Numbered from the stretch's first letter, positions 24,671-39,703 are shown. The stretch is 64,000 bases of DNA from Camelus dromedarius (GCF_036321535.1 NC_087437.1:26786001-26850000), one strand, 5' to 3'. A program made the numbers and translations. The notes: generated from the letters alone by a model not told the origin.

Positions 24671-27600
24671 CAAAAAAGATGCTCATGAGACATATATCTT
24701 TTTCTGTAGTTTGGCAAAACCAAACAAAACACAAACTATGAATGGTATAGCTGGCATCTCCCTTCCATGGGCACAGATGGTGTCTCCGTTCTCACTCTCA
24801 CCAGACCGGAGCACATAAGTTTTCTTAGCTCTGTGCTTTTGCTCAGGTTGGTGCATCCACTGATATCCCTCTCCCCTCCTCTGCCTGTCAAATCCTTGAC
24901 CCCTTTGAATGCCATCCAATCTGGGAAACATTTTCCTCCCACAAAAAGGCTCCTACATATATTCAGACTTTCTGTTCACACTCCTCTCTCACACACAGCC
25001 CTCAGCTTACTCCCTCCAGAGGTATGGGATGTGTGTACTTGTATAAGCTTTACCTTGCCCTGCCCTGGGAGCCACTTGAGAGGCACAGCAGTGGTATCTG
25101 CCACGCTAGCCTGGTGCCTGCCACACGATAAGACCCGGAGAGAAATGACGTCTAACAGGCACCCCCAAGGCACTCTCCAGGGCACACTGGTCCTGGTCTG
25201 CCTCTCCTCCCTACTGCTCTTGGTTACAAGGGGACCCTTGTTTCTACCCCTCAACGCTTTACTGTTTCCATCCCCTTAGGAGTAGAGTACGGGGTCTCAG
25301 CACCCAACACACACACTTCCTTCTCCCCAAGGCCTCCTGTGGCTTCTTGGACCACAGAAAACCCATTCCGATTGATGCTCAGATCCTATGGTTAACTTTG
25401 ATAATGGTGAGGTCATTTTATTCTATTCTTTGTGCACCAGCGTTAGGCCATGCCATCAGCCCACTGGCCTCCAATGTAGGCAATAAAAATGAAAGGAAGG
25501 AACCAGGCTTATAGAAGCAGGGGGAATGGTTGGGAGGTGGGGCAGGAGCAGCAGAGGGCCCTGCAGCCAGTCCAGCCTGCCGAGCCTGTTAGAGATGCTG
25601 GGAGGCAGGAGGGCGCCTCTGCTACGTGCACAGAATCTGTGTCTCTGTGGTCGACCGACAAGAACGTTTCATCAGCTTAGTTTACTTTTCACTTTTATTG
25701 GTTCTAACTTGGATTAAAAAGCTAAACCAAAAGGCCTGTAAATAATTTCAACCCAATATACAAAGTTTGAATTTACATTTCCCTCATTAGTGAGGCAAGT
25801 TCTTGCAAACTGAATCGAATATTGAGTGCTAGAGAGCATTCTATTTAAAAGAACCATGTGGTGATCTCATTTGTAAAATGAATGGTCATTTCCTAGTTTA
25901 TTTGTATGTAAGTTGGGGATTTTTGTGCATTGGATTTTCTTCGAAGGAGGTAAAACTTTTCTTAATAGGTACGAGGTAGACTTTGAAAAAATAGCTTACT
26001 TCTTATTACAAAAGAAACAGATATTCATAGATCATGTGTGTCTTAAAACATAAAAGAAAATTCTTGAGAATTTATTATGCCTCGATCATGCTAACCACTC
26101 AATAAATAATGCTTGAATAAAAAATAAAATGAGAAAAAAATCACTCGTATTCCCACCTTCCAGAGGTACCCACTGTAAACTTTGTGGTATCTACTCTTTC
26201 AGGCTTTTCTGTGCATATTTCAAGTGTATTGCTGTTTTATAAGCTGCTGTTTTCACTTAACAAGGCGTCGTGAACATTTTCCAGATCACTAGCTCGTAGC
26301 AAGGTACTCCCTTGTTCAGCTGCATCCAGTCTAAGTGTATCTCAAATGTTGACCCACAGGCATCCTAGCCTAAAGGAGGAGGGGAGACCATTCAGAATTA
26401 AGCCCTTCTCCGTGGAGCGGGCATTGTACCACATTAACAGTTTACTGTCCATCCGAGAATATTAAGAAAATATTAAGAGAAAGGGAAACACACAGCTCCC
26501 GCAAAAGGGACTGCTAGAGGCAGTCCGTGTATAACGTACCTGGCAGAAGGCTGTGCAGGTCGGTCACTTCCCATACTCTACCTGCTGGCTGAGATAGCTT
26601 TTTTTTTTTTAAGTCTCTCACCATGGGAGGAGCTGATGGCAGCTCGATTGGTCTCCTGCCAACCATGAAGAAAGAAAAAAACCCCGTTTATACTGCTCCT
26701 TATCACTGGGCCTCAGCCCCACAGATAAAGTCATTTCCTCCCTCACTGTGTGTCATGGATTATAGACTCACAGTGTTTCCACTGACCTCTGTGATTGAGG
26801 GAGGATGGTTCTTTCCCAGGAGCGCGAAATCTGCTTTGATGTTCCGGCAAAGGGTCTCGGAGGCTGCAGAATGCTAAGCAGGCTGCCACATGCACAGAAG
26901 CGGTACAGCTCAAAGCTATCCTTCCAAGGTGATGTCACATGTAGTTTATGTTCATGGAGAAGGGAAGCCGTAGTAGGTGAATGGGTCCAGCTTGCTCCTT
27001 GAGTATATTAAAGGTTAGAATGTCCTTGGGATGGGGATACCGTATAATAAATCTGCATGGGAGTCAAAATGTCTCCGTGACTGCCATTGCCTAGCTAGTT
27101 GACCGTGGGCGAGTTCCTTGACTTCTCTGTTTTTCAGATTCTGCAACTGTATAATAAGGATAATAAATACAAGTCCACATCTACTTCAAAGGGCATATTG
27201 TCCAGACTGCATTACCCAACGTGTACAAGCACTTAGTACAGTTTCCGGTTCACCATAAAGACCTCATGAATGTTAACTATTTTTACTGTCATTGCAACTG
27301 AGCTCCTTGTCTTGTATATTGCTAAGTGATGGGCATCTTATCGTGATCTGGGGTTTAACCTCAGGTCTATATTTTCTAGATAAAAACATGTAGACTACCC
27401 TCAGTTAACCAGGGAATCACCCCCAGATATGCTGCTCTTACTGTGCCTCCATAAAGATATCGCCAAAAGATGATGTCCTTAGCCTGGAAACTCCAGGTAA
27501 CCCCTTCCTTCTCTCAGTAAGTCTGTCCTTACCTCTTCCTTCTTTCTTCTTTGCTCCTGCCTTTGCTCAACCCTTACCCCTCTCTTATTCCTCCCCTCAC

Positions 27601-29220
27601 TCCCTTCCTTCTTCCCTTCCTTCCTTTCCTCCTCCCTTTCTACAGGTCTAACCTAATCTCTTTTGAAGCTATTTGGGCCCATGAGATTAACTCATGCTAA
27701 GACTTTTGTGAGATCCTTACCCAATCTGTGTACACCATTTCTTCATCTCTATGCTCCATGTTTTCCTTTAATTGTTCACTACTGACTGCTTTTGCAAACA
27801 CACTGTGTATGTTCCAGTTTAAACAATGTGAAGAGTAATGTAGATGGCTTCCTAAATTAGAAGACCATCCACAACTTATCAGACAGCTAACCACTGAAAT
27901 TCTTATTACTTGTGCCTAATTACAGATGAGGTGACATATATTGTTTAACATCCATTGTATGGCAACAATTATATCTGCTGGAAAACATCTCAATTAGGAC
28001 TTGAGAAAAAATAAAAAGATTTAACATTGGAACCATACTCAACAGCTATAGCATTTATATGCTCAGTGTATCTTAGCTCCATCTTATTTCATTACTTGCA
28101 AGTATATCTGTCGGAGTTAATTTTTCTAATTGTCCAAAGTCTATCAGTGATATGGAAATAATCAGACTGTCTGTATTTTCAATTATAGTTCTTTATCTAA
28201 TGGTTTGAATGCTCATTGGGGTCCTTAGCTCACCAGAACGTTTTCTCACCTCAGCCAAATTCTCAACTATGCTTGAACGGTACTTATATTTTAAATTCTA
28301 GGGCTAATTGTTAATATAAAATTATTATCCTTTTAATAGGATGAGCTCTATCCATAAAATCAGTTAAATAAAGGCTAAAGAATCAGTAAAATAAAGAAAT
28401 TTTTAACTAAGAATGATGAGGGCAGCTGAAACTCCAAGGCACTTTGAACTTGAAAAGGAGCTATTTCCTCTGGGTGAACTCTGCCCTCCCCTACCTGCAC
28501 CCAGGGCACAGGTTCTTTGGTGAGTGGAGCACAGACTAGATGTCAGTGCCAACGCAACGGCACAACCACGCCCCGAAACAGGGTGTAGAAATTAGCTTAA
28601 TTTACAAAGCTATCAATCTTGAACATGCTCCAGCCAATTCATTTCCATTTCTAGGACCTAGCCCAGAAATGGGCATTCTGAACGGATGATAGTCACAAAT
28701 ATTCTTTTTAAAACAATGGGGCATGGGAGATGGTAGAATCATGAGTGAGCCAAACACATGAGGATCTCTGAAAGAGTAAAACCAAAATTAAACGACCTAC
28801 TTCTAGGGTGAAGATCACTTGGATGTAGGCACATACAATTGTGTCTTATATTGGTTTCATGGGACTTCTGTTTCTACTTTCTTTAAACAAAAAATCTCTT
28901 GGAAATATAAGTTGATAAATTCTTTTCACAATACGGAGTAACTAGCAGAAATTTAAATATGCAAATTCAAAGGATGTTGAATCTTTGACCCAGCAATTTT
29001 GTTCTAGGAATCTATCCTATAGAAACACTTGCGGATACCTAGGAAGAGTACAAGATTGCAGCAATGTCTCCAACGGCAAAAAAATTGGAAACTACACCAA
29101 AAAAATCATTACTAGTGAGTTGCTTAAACAAACTGGTGTATGCCCATATTATGGAATACAATGTATTCATTAAAAATAGTAAGACAATTCTATTTGAACT
29201 GACAAAGCATTAGATAATAT

Positions 29221-29256
<36 letters not shown>
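29221..29256. repeat. (AC)n(AG)n compound microsatellite
   Basis: Read directly from the sequence. Confidence 0.9.
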
Positions 29257-29260
<4 letters not shown>

Positions 29261-31784
29261 AGCTGAAACAGCCAGTTAGGGAATAGTAGGAATCCCACTA
29301 ACATAAGAAAAGACGTGTGTGGTCCTCTTGCAAATGCATACGTGTGTGTAAAAGAAGAATCCAGGAGGATATATTCCTAAATGGTCATCTCTGAAGAAAG
29401 AAGTGAGGTTTGATGGGAGAAAACAGAGACGGGAGAGGAGAAAATCAGAGGCAGGGACGATTGGAGCACATTTACTTCTTCTTTAGATACCTGTGCAATG
29501 TTGACCTGTTTTTTTTAAACAATAAGCATGCATTGCTTTTGTAATTAAAAAGCCACTTTAAAGAAATGCTAAAGGACTGAAAAAGAGAGAAAGAAAAATG
29601 ATCACTCACAACTGGATCACCCAAAGACAACTATTTTTACTTCTGCATATTGTTTTCTAGGCTTTTAATATGGGCCTAAATATGTGGAAAACATACAAGA
29701 TGGAAAATTAGTAAGAATGTTGATACATAATCATTTAATTTTAAATATTATATTTTTAGTATAAACTAGATAACCATAGTATATGAGTTTCCATTCTGAT
29801 GCAAATATCTATCATCTGGTATCGTGGTATTGATGCATTTACATTTAATCATTGTACCAGAAGGTAATTACACATATTGGCTGCTTTGGACTTTATTCAT
29901 AAATAACTTATTACAGAAACGAGTAAGTTTATAATATATTATCTCTTTGGATCACATCTTTGAGAAAAATTCTAAGTAGCAAAATTATCACGTTAAACAA
30001 GAATTTAAACATTTTTTGGCTCATAATATACATTGCCAATTTTATTTTCCAAAGGATAGTTCTAATATTATTGCCACAAAAAAAAGTGTTTTGGTTTCAC
30101 TCTGTCCTCATTAGTATTGGGTGTTAATTTTTTAAACTATTTTGGCAAAAGTTGAACAATGTATTTTTGGAATAAATTATAAATTTGAACATTTCCCTTG
30201 TGTTAGTTTATTCATTGCCGCTGGTGAATTGATTGTTCCAGTCTTTCCTCCATTTATTTATCTAACTTCTTTTATTAGTAGTAACAATAATAGCAAATCC
30301 TACTGTTTATCAATTGGCACTGTGCTAAATACTATAAAGACATCTCACAATGCAACCTCACAAAGCCCCGATAACTGTTGCCACCATTTTACAGATAAAG
30401 AAACTAAGGCCTAAGTGGTTCCCATCATGGGAAGACCCACATCAGGGCTAAGGCTCTTGGTCTCACCACATTATCTGACCTCACATGCATATGTTATATA
30501 GTTAAGGTATCATCCTTTTATCTGCCATATCTGTTTAAAGTATTTTCCCAGTGTATTATTTTTTGTGTTCTTGTGTTTTTATGTACAGAACATATTAAAG
30601 TTCTTATAATTAATTCAATTTTTTATCTTTGTAATTTCTTCTATCATTTCTAAGCTTATAAGTTAACCCTGCCCTAGAGATGTGAGAAATTTTCAAATGT
30701 ATTTCCTTCCAGTGTACATATGTAATATGTGTGAATATATGTACTTGTGTGTGTATATATACATGTACATAAACATATACATATATGCAAATTCTTTAAC
30801 CATGTGGACATTATCTTGGTGTACAATATGAGACACCTGGGGATTTTTTTTTTTTGACCCTGACACTGTTGCTAGACAGAGAATTACTCTGTCAGTGTCC
30901 AGATGAAATACTGAGCTACCAGGATTTAAATCTTCGACTTACCTTTGCTCCAAGTGATATTATTAAGCTAAGATTATTTAACTCAAGCCCCAATGAGTCA
31001 TTCCATAGCCTTGAATCATTCTGACAGACCTGACAAAACGTCTGCTGAATTACTGCCTTGGAGAATTCTTTGCATGACTAGTTGAACATTGGATGTCTGC
31101 AAGCCTTATGATTTATAGCTCTTCATCATCTGGGTACACATCTGACCCAATGGGCACACCCATTTTATTTCCAAAGAGAAAAGATATCTTTGGTATTCAA
31201 TTAGTAAGTGCCCATTGGTGCTAAAGTGTAGGTCAGCAGAGCAGTGCCTATAGTATGCTGCCATTTGCATAGGGGTCATATTTATCTTCCACATATAGAA
31301 AAATGATGGCTATAGATTAACATATGGATATGCATATAGATGTACACATAGGTAGACACACATATAAATGTAGACATAGATGTATACGTACATGAAAGCG
31401 TACACAAAATAACTGGTCAGGGAGGTTGCCTAGTAGTTATGTTAAGTTATACCCTGTAATTTTTGCTTTTAATTTTGATACCTCTTTATGACTTAACAAT
31501 AAAAAGGATGTATGGGGTTTAAAAAGAGAGAGAGAGAGAATCAAGTGGCCAGGGGCAGTGAGGCGTGGCTGAGGCTTTTCACCTCCTATACTTAACGTAA
31601 CTTTTGAATTTTTGTTTTATACCCTTGTATTTCATCTTCAAAAATAATTTTTATATTAAAAAGAGTGAAAGTTAAGTTCAGGCATTTCATTGGGGATATG
31701 GTAACATTTTCTAGTCACTTTCTGGAAATCATACATGGCTGATAATATGAGAGTTACGAATTCCAAGGTAGTTTGGTAATGTTC

Positions 31785-32306
31785 TGTATTATACAAAATT
31801 TAAATGTTTTGCAACGTGCAGTCCACATCCAGTTTGCTCTCCTATGAATCCAGTACTCTGTTTTGGTTGTAGGAGACTACACTGGTCAGGCTTCTTTGAT
31901 CTCTGGTTTCCACCTACTTTCAACAATTGGAAGGCAACAGCACTAGAGTAAAGAATGAAAGGAAGAAAGAAACCAATCAGGGTATTTTTCTCTATTCCCT
32001 GAGTTATTTCCAGCACCAGTTACATGGTCTCAGCTCCAGTGGGGAAGCCTCTACTATGGTTCTGGTTCCCACTGAATGACCCTGGTTCCTGGACTCTGAT
32101 AATGCCACTTCCTCCGATTGTCTCTCCAGTGTTAAGACGCGAGCAGCTTCCTCTTGTTGCTAACCTCTGGAATTCCTCTCTGTGTGCCATGTTTGGCTTC
32201 TCAGTGCTTCCATTGCCTATGATTCCAATTCTCTATATTAAATTTCCTCTGTTGGATAAACCTGGAATGGCTTCTGTTTTTCTGGTCAAAGAGCCTGACT
32301 GATACA
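31785..32306 (+). mobile_element. ERVL LTR (LTR33-like)
   Basis: 3' end attaaatttcctctgttggataaacctggaatggcttctgttt...cctgactgataca is typical of LTR33. The 5' boundary is approximate. Confidence 0.55.
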
Positions 32307-33593
32307 CTTCACTAGTACACATTTTCTATTTTCTTGCTTTGCAGTCCCTTGCCCTCAGGACTCTTTTGTAGAGTATATGATCTTGGATTCAGATTGCAGA
32401 ACTCCAAACACACGGAGCATGTAGTTTTTTTGCACTCCACCCCTATATTTCACAACTGCCATTCCTTACATTGCCCAATGCTGTAGATGGCTTTTTCAGT
32501 GACACTATTTGTAGCTACCTACTTGGGAATAATAGCTTCTGCATTCTTTTCAGAACCAAAACATAGGGCATTAAACGTGGAAACTCCTCTGGTCAGACTT
32601 TTCCGTCAGTCACTGGCTGAGCTATGTAAATTCAGATTCGGAGCTTCTTCCTAACAGGGATTTTAGTGGGGAATGATTATATGGAGTCAAATACAGACTC
32701 TCCATTTCTCAACTGGCTTTGTTTCAAGCAGTTCTAGCATAAGAAATCAAAATCCCATTTCCCCTGTTCCTCAGGAAGGAATTATTCTTGACCAAGCCAG
32801 TGGCCTTTATTTAAAGATCCTCTGCGTCTCTCTTGTCACCTCAGGGTACTCACTAAAGTCTAACCTAAGCCTAACGACTACTGATTTATAAGTTCATGAG
32901 AGTTTGCTAACAAATAGCTATAACTCAACTGAAATGATTGGGTTTTCTCAATTCATAATTTATCCAAATTACATTCTGGCCTGGGGTGAGCTTTATCATT
33001 CTTCATGATGACAGGCAGTGCCTGACGCAAGGCTTCTGACTTACGCATGGGTCTCACATCACTGCCCTTCTGGACGCGGTGGGACCCCGCCCTTCCTCAC
33101 CACCCCTGCACCCTGTCACTTCTTTCCTCCACCTGCTGCAGGTGAGAATGTATTTCCGTTCTTCCCTCAAAAACCCCTTCTTTCATGCTGACCCAGTCCT
33201 TCTACCTTCTAAACACATCAATATGGAGTGAAGCTGACTTCCTGAACTCCATCCCACTTCAGCTGTAGAATCTGTCCCCATCCTCATCTCTCATCTTTTA
33301 GCCTTTGGGCCAATGCCACCTATCCTTTCACTGACCCTGGTAATGTCCCACATACGGCCCCCTCTTGCCACCCTAAAGGCCTGCCTCTCCAACAAGGTAC
33401 CCTTAGCCCTGACTAGCCACACTATCCCTGACATGGGAACAAGCAACCCCAATGTCCCATCTTCGTGCATTGACCTTATGAAGGTCCTGGTGTCTATCCC
33501 TGTTAGTCCTTTAACTGCTCCCCACTCATCTTCACCGCCTCTGCCCAATCTCCCACCCATTACTTGTTACCATTATCCTACCCATCATAGGCG

Positions 33594-33763
33594 TAGGAGC
33601 AGATTTACTGAGATGCCAATGAAGCTTAAACTCCAGGGGTCTTCACACAGCTCTCTTCCAAGGTCCCATGTTTAATTGGTATTCATATCAGTGTATCTTT
33701 TTCTTAGAGAAGGCCCCCACATGTTATAAGCTGCAGGCCACCACAAACCTGGCCCTGCCCCTG
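33594..33763 (+). mobile_element. MER53 DNA transposon
   Basis: gatttac...aatgaagcttaaactccagggg...cttccaaggtccc...tataagctgcaggcc...aaacctggccctgcccctg matches MER53. Confidence 0.75.
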
Positions 33764-36700
33764 TTTAGGTGATAGCTGCCTTGATTATCTCGGAATTAGG
33801 GGAAAGTACCCACTCCATCTGCATGCTGCTTCTAGGACAAACGTGCTTCTGGAATCACAAAGTGAACTTTGCATGCCCTCAACCTTAGACACAGTGTTAA
33901 ACCTAGTGGTTAGTTTTAATTATACGGCCGGTGCCTTGTTTCAGCTACTTTTTTAGATTAAATAGGTTTTTGTTGATTGGCTTTGGAAACCAACCACTGA
34001 ACAAGTGACTTAGTAAACAAAGTTCTGGAATGTAAGCCATTTCTAAATTGCAGGCTTCAGGGACTTAACATTAACGAAAGCCCATAAACCACGTGTGGAA
34101 ACCTATGTATAAATACTGACATTTTGTCACATTGGAAAAGTTACTCATTAAATTCAATCAAAGGACACAGCAAAATTTGTAATATCCAATGAGTCACGAT
34201 GTACAATTACAGCAATCAGTCATCTGTATTTTCTGAGGCAGTTTCAATTTTAAATGTTCTGCTCTATGATCACCCTCTATGACTCTCTAGCTCATCATTA
34301 TAGACCCAGAAACTAGTACAGTACCTGGCACACAGTAGGCACTCAAGTGATGCATGCAAAATGAATGATTGTATAATACTGTTTGGCAGACTATGTGTCC
34401 TGCTTTTGGTTTTAAAACTATGGTCACTGACTGTATTTATAATGGACATATATGAGCAACTTAACATATCTTTTTATGATTTTTAAGTATATGCATTGGC
34501 AATTATGTAAATTTGTTTAATTTTCTGAATCTCATTTGCAAAACAAAAATGGCTTGGATTTCAATGGAAGATATTACATATCCATTTATGTCTTTCTCAG
34601 TGAAACAATTCTTTACCAATTGACTATACAGCCTCTTTCAGAATACTGTTTATTTTCTTATTCATGCAGAGGAATGCTTTTATATCAATTTTGGCATGTA
34701 AATAGTTTTATTTTTAGATAATCAGTATAGTTACAGCATTCTAACCTCCCACATAGTCCTGCTAAATTCTACAAATATGTTACACACACTCCAGTTTTCA
34801 GTCTAAGAACTCATTAACTTCCAGTGAGACTATGGATTCCCTCCAGCAAGTACATTAACAAGGTGAGTTAGATGAAGAAAATTTTTTTATGTAAATTATC
34901 TTAATGTTTCTAAGAATTCAAAAGGATTAATTATAACAGGGTAATGACCAGGAACATCTTTGATTTCTGGATTCCTAGACCACACCTATATTACAAATTG
35001 GTTGCAGCTTCTCCACTGCCCCTTTTCCATCCTGTCCTTTTCCATCCCTTCACCCAAACAAGAGAAGTTAATAGTCAACTGTTGGTGTTTGGGGTACACA
35101 TTTGGAAAAAAAAAAGAGATTTTTTTTAAAAATCTTAGATTGAAAATAACTTTTTGGTTCTAGGAAAATGTACAGCTTGGGAGCTATTTTAGGGATTGAA
35201 CCATTCATTTCACCATCAGAATACTAGTCATTAGAACAAGATATGTTCTCCTGATACCATTGGTCCTTCCTCCCCACCCCACCTCCCACCCACCCAAGAA
35301 CAACTCCAGAGGAAAGTTCTTTTCCTTGTCCTCTTTTATTTTCCTCCCAGGTCATACAAGAGCACATCGGGAAATCCCTGGATCCCAAGTTGCAACATAT
35401 ATACGTGTCCACTTCCTTTCCTGACTTTTAAAATAATCCTTTGCACCTTTATTCCTCATCTTTGACCAACAAAGTGAGAGATTCAGCCAACTCCCTTCTC
35501 CACAGAGCATGACTCATACCTTTCATGGCTGGGAATTTACCCGGAACAGACACAGAATGTGACAGATATTACAGATTATTATTTTTATAAGTACATGCGT
35601 GGTCTCCACACAAGCTGGGAAAGCTGCTGAAAATGTGGTGAAGTTTTCATACCTGAAAGCCAGATTTCACTTAGCAGTTCTTTGAAGAAAAAAATTCCAG
35701 GCATTTCGAAGGAGCAGATCTTTCAGACAACTGGCTGTTCCCTCTGCAGGCCAGCTCCTAACCTCCTACAGGCCCCCCAGCCCCCTGCCCCAACCTCCCC
35801 ATCAGAGGGCTATTAGAATGCTATTTGAAATGGTGGTGGTTTTTCAGAAAATACCAGGTTCTCCCACTTCAAAGAACAGCCAGCAGAGCCGTGGGTTATT
35901 GCTTCTTCCTGGAGAGTTCTCCCTGCCAGAGTGGAAGGAGACATTCTCATCTTTCCCTATTCTTCCCAGGCATACGGGGAGGTTTTTTTTTTTTTTTTTT
36001 TTTTTCCTCCCTAGTTCCCTGAACTAGCCCAAAGAGAATTCCTTGTGAAGAGCACTTAAACCAGGATTTCAGAAGATCTCAAATCTACTACCTCATTTTA
36101 TGGCTGGAGAGAAGGAAAAGTGGGAATTATGGGAGAGGAGGCAGCGGTGAATTTAGTGCTTTTAAAAAAACAGAACACAGTAGTGAAATAGTTCATTTTC
36201 TCCTCTGTGGGAGTCGGGGGTCGGGGGTAAGGGCAGGGAACGAGGCAGCCCCTTGATGGCTTTGGTGCTTAAGTACTGGAAGAAGAGGGGCCAGTTCCAT
36301 CTAGTTCCACAGAGATGGCCATGAAACATTTTGCTCACTTAATTCCAGCCATCTGGGGTCTTTAATCACCAGTCTGCGCTCACAGAAAAGGAGAACTCAG
36401 CAAGAGGCTGGGAACCGGAGCTCTAAACAGTAAGTCCTTCTTGCCTAAGGCTTGCTAGGGCACCTGATGAATTCTTGACCTTGTTCATAAACCCTGTTTC
36501 CAGCAAAGTTAAATGGAACAGCCTGCACACTATTGAATATTTGACCATATTAACCACCCTGCCTTTTAAAGCAACTTTCCGCTTAGAGCAGGAGCTTCCA
36601 TCCTGCAACCCTGGGAGAGACAACAACAATTTGTATAACCCAAGTTGGGAAACCAGAAGCAAATTGTCAGCGGGTTCAGAACACCCCCTTTCCAATTCTT

Positions 36701-36859
36701 CCTAGTCCTTCTCTGAATAACTGAGCACAAACTCCATCTCTTCTCAGAAGCCATTCTGGGATGCAGTAGGGCTCTTCCCCTCCCCTCCCTCAATAGCTGC
36801 TTGATCTCCATGCTGTTTCCTACAAGAAGGAGCCACTCAGCTTGCCCTTAAGAAAAGGT

Positions 36860-37650
36860 AGGGATGCTCTTCATCATTAGTCATCAAAGAAATGCAAATC
36901 AAAGCCAGTAAGGAGGTACCACTTCATAACCACTAAATAAAAAAGACAGACAGTAAGTTTTGGGCGGGGATGTGGAGAAATGGGAATTCTCACATAAAGT
37001 GGTGGAAATGTAAAATGGTGCAGCCATCGTGGAAAACAGCTGGCAGTTCCTCAGAAGCTTAAACATAGAGATACCATATAACCCAGCATTTCTATTCCTA
37101 GGTATATTCCCAAGAGAAATGAAAATATGTCCACACAAACACTTATACATGGATGTTCACAGCAGTATTATTCATAATAGCCAAAAAAGAGCGGAAAGAG
37201 CTTAACTGTCTATCAGCTGCCAAATGGACAGATAAAATATGGTATATTTATAGAGCAGGAAGTCATTCAACCACAAAAAGGAATGAAATGTTGATACATG
37301 CTACAACATGGATGAACCTTGAAACCATTATGCTGAGTGAAAGAAGCCAGTCATACAAGACTACATACTGTATGATTCCATTTCTATGAAATATCCAGAA
37401 TAGGCAAATCCATAGACACAGAAAGTAGATTAATAGTCACGAGGGTGCTGGCAGGATGGGAGGCAGGTGGAGAATAGGGATTGACTTACTGACAGGCACA
37501 TGTTCTCTTTTTTGAGTGATGAAAACTTTCTGGAATTAGTGCTAATGATTGCTCAACTCTGAATATACTAAAAACTGCTGAATTGTACATTTTAATGGGT
37601 GAATTTTATGGTACATAAATCCTGTATCAATAAAAGTGTTGGAAAAAAGG
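36860..37650 (+). mobile_element. L1MB7/8-like LINE-1 3' fragment
   Basis: tcattagtcatcaaagaaatgcaaatcaaa...ggatgtggagaaatggga...atgctacaacatggatgaaccttgaaa...tcaataaaagtgtt. Confidence 0.85.
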
Positions 37651-38369
37651 AAGAGAGGGAGAGGGGGATGGAAGGGAAGAGAAGGGAAGCAGACTGTTTG
37701 GGGTAAACACTAAACTATGTTTAATCTTGCTCCCTCAGTATCTCTTTCCCCAACAAGCCTCCCACCCCACCTCAGGAGTTATGGGGCAGGAAGGCCCTCT
37801 TCCTTTAATTGGCCAAATTTGCCCCCAGGAAATGAAGCCTTTACAGCAGTCGTGACCTCCAGCCTCCTTTTAATCCCTGAGGCTGACCTCAGCCACATCT
37901 ACTTGGACATCCCTCTGCCCCAACACAGTGGCTGGGCCACCCTGCTAAAAAAGGCTTCCTCCAGACCCCTGCCCTGAGACCTCTGCTTATAAGACCCTGT
38001 TCAATGTTTGCCAGTCACCTCCAGGCCATCAGAGCTTACAACTGGTGTCTGTTGAGAAAGGTCCAGCCTCCTATCTAGGCAGGGAACCAGAGTCCTGCTC
38101 AAACTCACCTAGAGAGCTATCTCTGTCTCAGGCAGACCAGAAGCTAGACATACGCTTCCTCTGCCGACCTGACCCACGTTGGGTTTCCCATGATGCCTCC
38201 CTATTGCTGATTTTGCTCTCCTCTTCGTGGTTACTTGGCCCCAACCCATGGTGCGTGTGCCGGGAGAAGCTAGCTCAGCAACACACACCCAGCACCTCCA
38301 GTTGTCTCCTACTCACCCAGGTCAATTCAGGATGGCTCCTGCTTAAACTCTGAAAGACTGGCTCCTCTA

Positions 38370-38715
38370 AGCCAAGTGCTTAGTATCTATAATTTCACTT
38401 AATCTTCACAACAACCCTGTAAAGAAGGTATTATTATCCCCATTTTTCAAGAAGAGGAAACAGATTCAAAGAGGGTAAACAACTTAAAGTCACATGAATC
38501 AGAGTCAGGATTCAAACACAGAACTGTCAAAGCCAACGCTTTCTACTTCCTCAGACAATAATTCCTTTCCTTGGTTGAGCGCATGTCATATGTCAGACAG
38601 CGTTCTAGACATATTAACAATATTATTTCATTGAGTCTCACAACATTCCCATGAGGCAGTATTAGCATCCCATATAAATAGATGAGGAAACTGAAGTTCA
38701 GAGTGATAAGTAACT
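38370..38715 (-). mobile_element. Two MIR fragments
   Basis: aatcttcacaacaaccctgt...attattatccccatttt, and catgaggcagtattagcatccc...gatgaggaaactgaagttcagag. Confidence 0.65.
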
Positions 38716-39175
38716 TTTTGGGGATCTTTTGTATTTATCACTCACTGAATGCATAGAAGTTTGGGAAGATTTTTGTTTTTCTTGATCAAGGTGAAAGATG
38801 CAAGTTGTGCTGTCCTCTTTCCCCTTCTTCCTGCCTTTAAGCAACTGTCTTGGAACCACGAAAGAAAGGCAAAAAAAAAAAAAAAAAATCAGAAATATTT
38901 CCCAAACATCAACTTACTAAACAAAAACCTACCTTCAAAACAAACAAACAAACAAACAAAAACAAAAAACTACCTTCAGATCTTCTGTTACATAAGAAAA
39001 CTAAAGTTCTATTTGTTTTATCGGCTGTTGGGTAGGTTTTCTGTTAATTGTAGCCAAACACATTCCTAACTCATACAGAAATGTCCTATTACCACCTTCT
39101 TGCAGATTAAGAAACAAATTAAAGGGGAACAGAGAGATTAAGTATTTTTCCAAAGCCACACAAATAGAAGGTGAC

Positions 39176-39622
39176 TGTGGCCTACCGATAGCTGACATCC
39201 CTATTCTTCTCTTAATAACTTAATGTCCCAAGTTATAGCTGGGCACATCGCTGGCCAGCAGAAGGTCACACTTTCCAGGCTTTCTTGAAGCTTGTGAGCC
39301 AAATGACTATATTTTGGTTTAGTGCGATGTATGTGGATGGGAGGGATTGATTAATTTCCAAGTCATGCCCTTCAGTTCCTTTTTCCTTCTTCCCACTGGT
39401 GAACCATCTTCTACCACATGGACCAGGGTAACAACTCAGGAAATGGCAGAGCAACAAGATGGAAGGAACCTGGGATCCTTAATGGCATCATGGATTAAAG
39501 CTGCCCTGCATCCTGGGATCAGCTACCAAATTGGACTTGTAAGTGAGAGAGGAATAAACTTCTATCTCATTTAAGCTACTGTGTTTTGCTGCCTTTTTCA
39601 AGCACCATTATCTTAAGCAATA
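39176..39622 (+). mobile_element. MaLR LTR (MLT1J-like)
   Basis: gatggaaggaacctgggatcc...gtgagagaggaataaacttctatctcatttaagctactg. Confidence 0.55.
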
Positions 39623-39703
39623 CTGTGGCTAACAAATTTTCAAACATAGGCCTATCCAATTCCAAATTTCGGTAGTTTCCACTACAACTCCCAATACCTA
39701 AAT

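Noticed and set aside
24767..25279. 170-aa plus-strand ORF (also 531-995 and 19503-19910)
   Set aside because: No recognisable homology and no convincing splice context. Overlapping opposite-strand ORFs of similar quality suggest chance.
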